From positions 1 through 35,034 of the IMG/VR virus record IMGVR_UViG_3300029822_000041: 35,034 nucleotides of DNA, one strand, 5' to 3'. Numbering within the stretch: the stretch's first letter is position 1; every line of letters starts with the position of its first letter. This stretch comes from a virus (taxonomy: Duplodnaviria > Caudoviricetes). Of this stretch, positions 34,252 to 35,034 are shown in pieces. Position numbers and translations under genes: made by a program. Under the pieces are notes generated by a model. That model saw nothing but the letters and a program-made list of their open reading frames with translations, ran no database searches and had not been told where the DNA came from.

Positions 34252-35034
34252 TCACGCTTCCACTGTGTAGGTAACTACCAGGATATATGTCTCGACTACC
34301 CCGCCATTAGTAACGGTGATCACGATCACATTCTGGCCCTCAGTCCAAGTTTGAGCTGTGCCCAAGGTGGCCTCAACTCCGTTAAGGGTTGCTGTGATTA
34401 CGGCATTGGTATCTTTAGCGGTCACGGCCACCGCATCAGTTGCATTTGCGGTTTCCGCGGTGTAGTAGTGGACATCGGCATTAAATGCAGGGCTAATCTT
34501 AACAACGCCATCAGCCACCTTCAGTTCGTCCAACCGCGCATCTACATAGGGAGTAGTACGCACGACGGGATAAACTGGCCTCAAGTCGGTAATATCCAAT
34601 CTGCGGAACGATCTGCTGTCAAGCGGCATGCCGTTGCCGTAGAGTTTTGTCAGATATATCCGCTCGTCCTCGAGGAAGTGATACTCATCAGAGTATTCGA
34701 CCTTGCCGCCCTTCGAAGTCCCAAGGCCCATAAAATACCGCTTCGGCAGACCAATAAGCGCCTCATTAACAGGCTGGTATACGGATTGGATTACGCGGGT
34801 GGGGAATGGGAAAATATCATAGGCGTAAGTGCCATCTGGGCGGCGGAACGATGTAGCGGGCATGATCTTTGTGAAATAGTCAAGGGGGTTGACTATAAGT
34901 ATCACTTCCGAGATCTTCCGGTTCAAACCGTTTGGCGAAACAGACAACTCTGCCAATAGTCCACCATAGGCCGCTGGAGAAATCTCATTAAACGGAATGC
35001 TGGCTATCAATCCATATCCATCAACGGGATCCAG
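34252..35034 (-). CDS. major capsid protein (HK97 fold), 5' end outside the window, with C-terminal cadherin-like beta-sandwich
   Basis: IVNPLDY, YSDEYHFLEDERIYLTKLYGNGMP; extension ISPAFNADVHYYTA...GQNVIVITVTNG..ETY; frame open to the window edge. Confidence 0.9.
   Translation of the reverse strand: MDPVDGYGLIASIPFNEISPAAYGGLLAELSVSPNGLNRKISEVILIVNPLDYFTKIMPATSFRRPDGTYAYDIFPFPTRVIQSVYQPVNEALIGLPKRYFMGLGTSKGGKVEYSDEYHFLEDERIYLTKLYGNGMPLDSRSFRRLDITDLRPVYPVVRTTPYVDARLDELKVADGVVKISPAFNADVHYYTAETANATDAVAVTAKDTNAVITATLNGVEATLGTAQTWTEGQNVIVITVTNGGVVETYILVVTYTVEA

Noticed and set aside
33967-34959. 330-aa plus-strand ORF
   Set aside because: Antisense to the capsid and connector genes; no motifs or RBS

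Overview
Most of a cos-type, HK97-like siphophage genome of a Firmicutes (Clostridia-like) host, read almost entirely on the minus strand. From right to left: major capsid C-terminus, head-tail joining and tail genes, three candidate receptor-binding proteins, lysis cassette, an ~8 kb accessory block (10.6-18.1 kb), immunity region, RecT/YqaJ recombination, replication initiator, RusA, SSB, RinA-like late activator, HNH and a probable cos end at position 1. Terminase, portal and protease lie outside the window. Reading between the supplied ORFs reveals three apparent deletion scars: (i) a frameshifted CI fused to the last ~38 codons of a serine integrase, next to an intact attP-like site; (ii) a CopG-like RHH gene fused to the 3' end of a plasmid-type rep gene with origin-like repeats; (iii) a diversity-generating retroelement whose template repeat is cut and fused to the last ~76 codons of its reverse transcriptase, with adenine-specific TR/VR differences still visible. 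The main cargo is a tightly packed, AT-richer operon encoding an SNF2-like helicase, IbrA (PAPS-reductase/DUF3440) and IbrB (ParB/Srx), of unknown function. A likely unannotated -1 frameshift extends the holin-like gene. All family assignments come from motif recognition by eye; no database searches were run.
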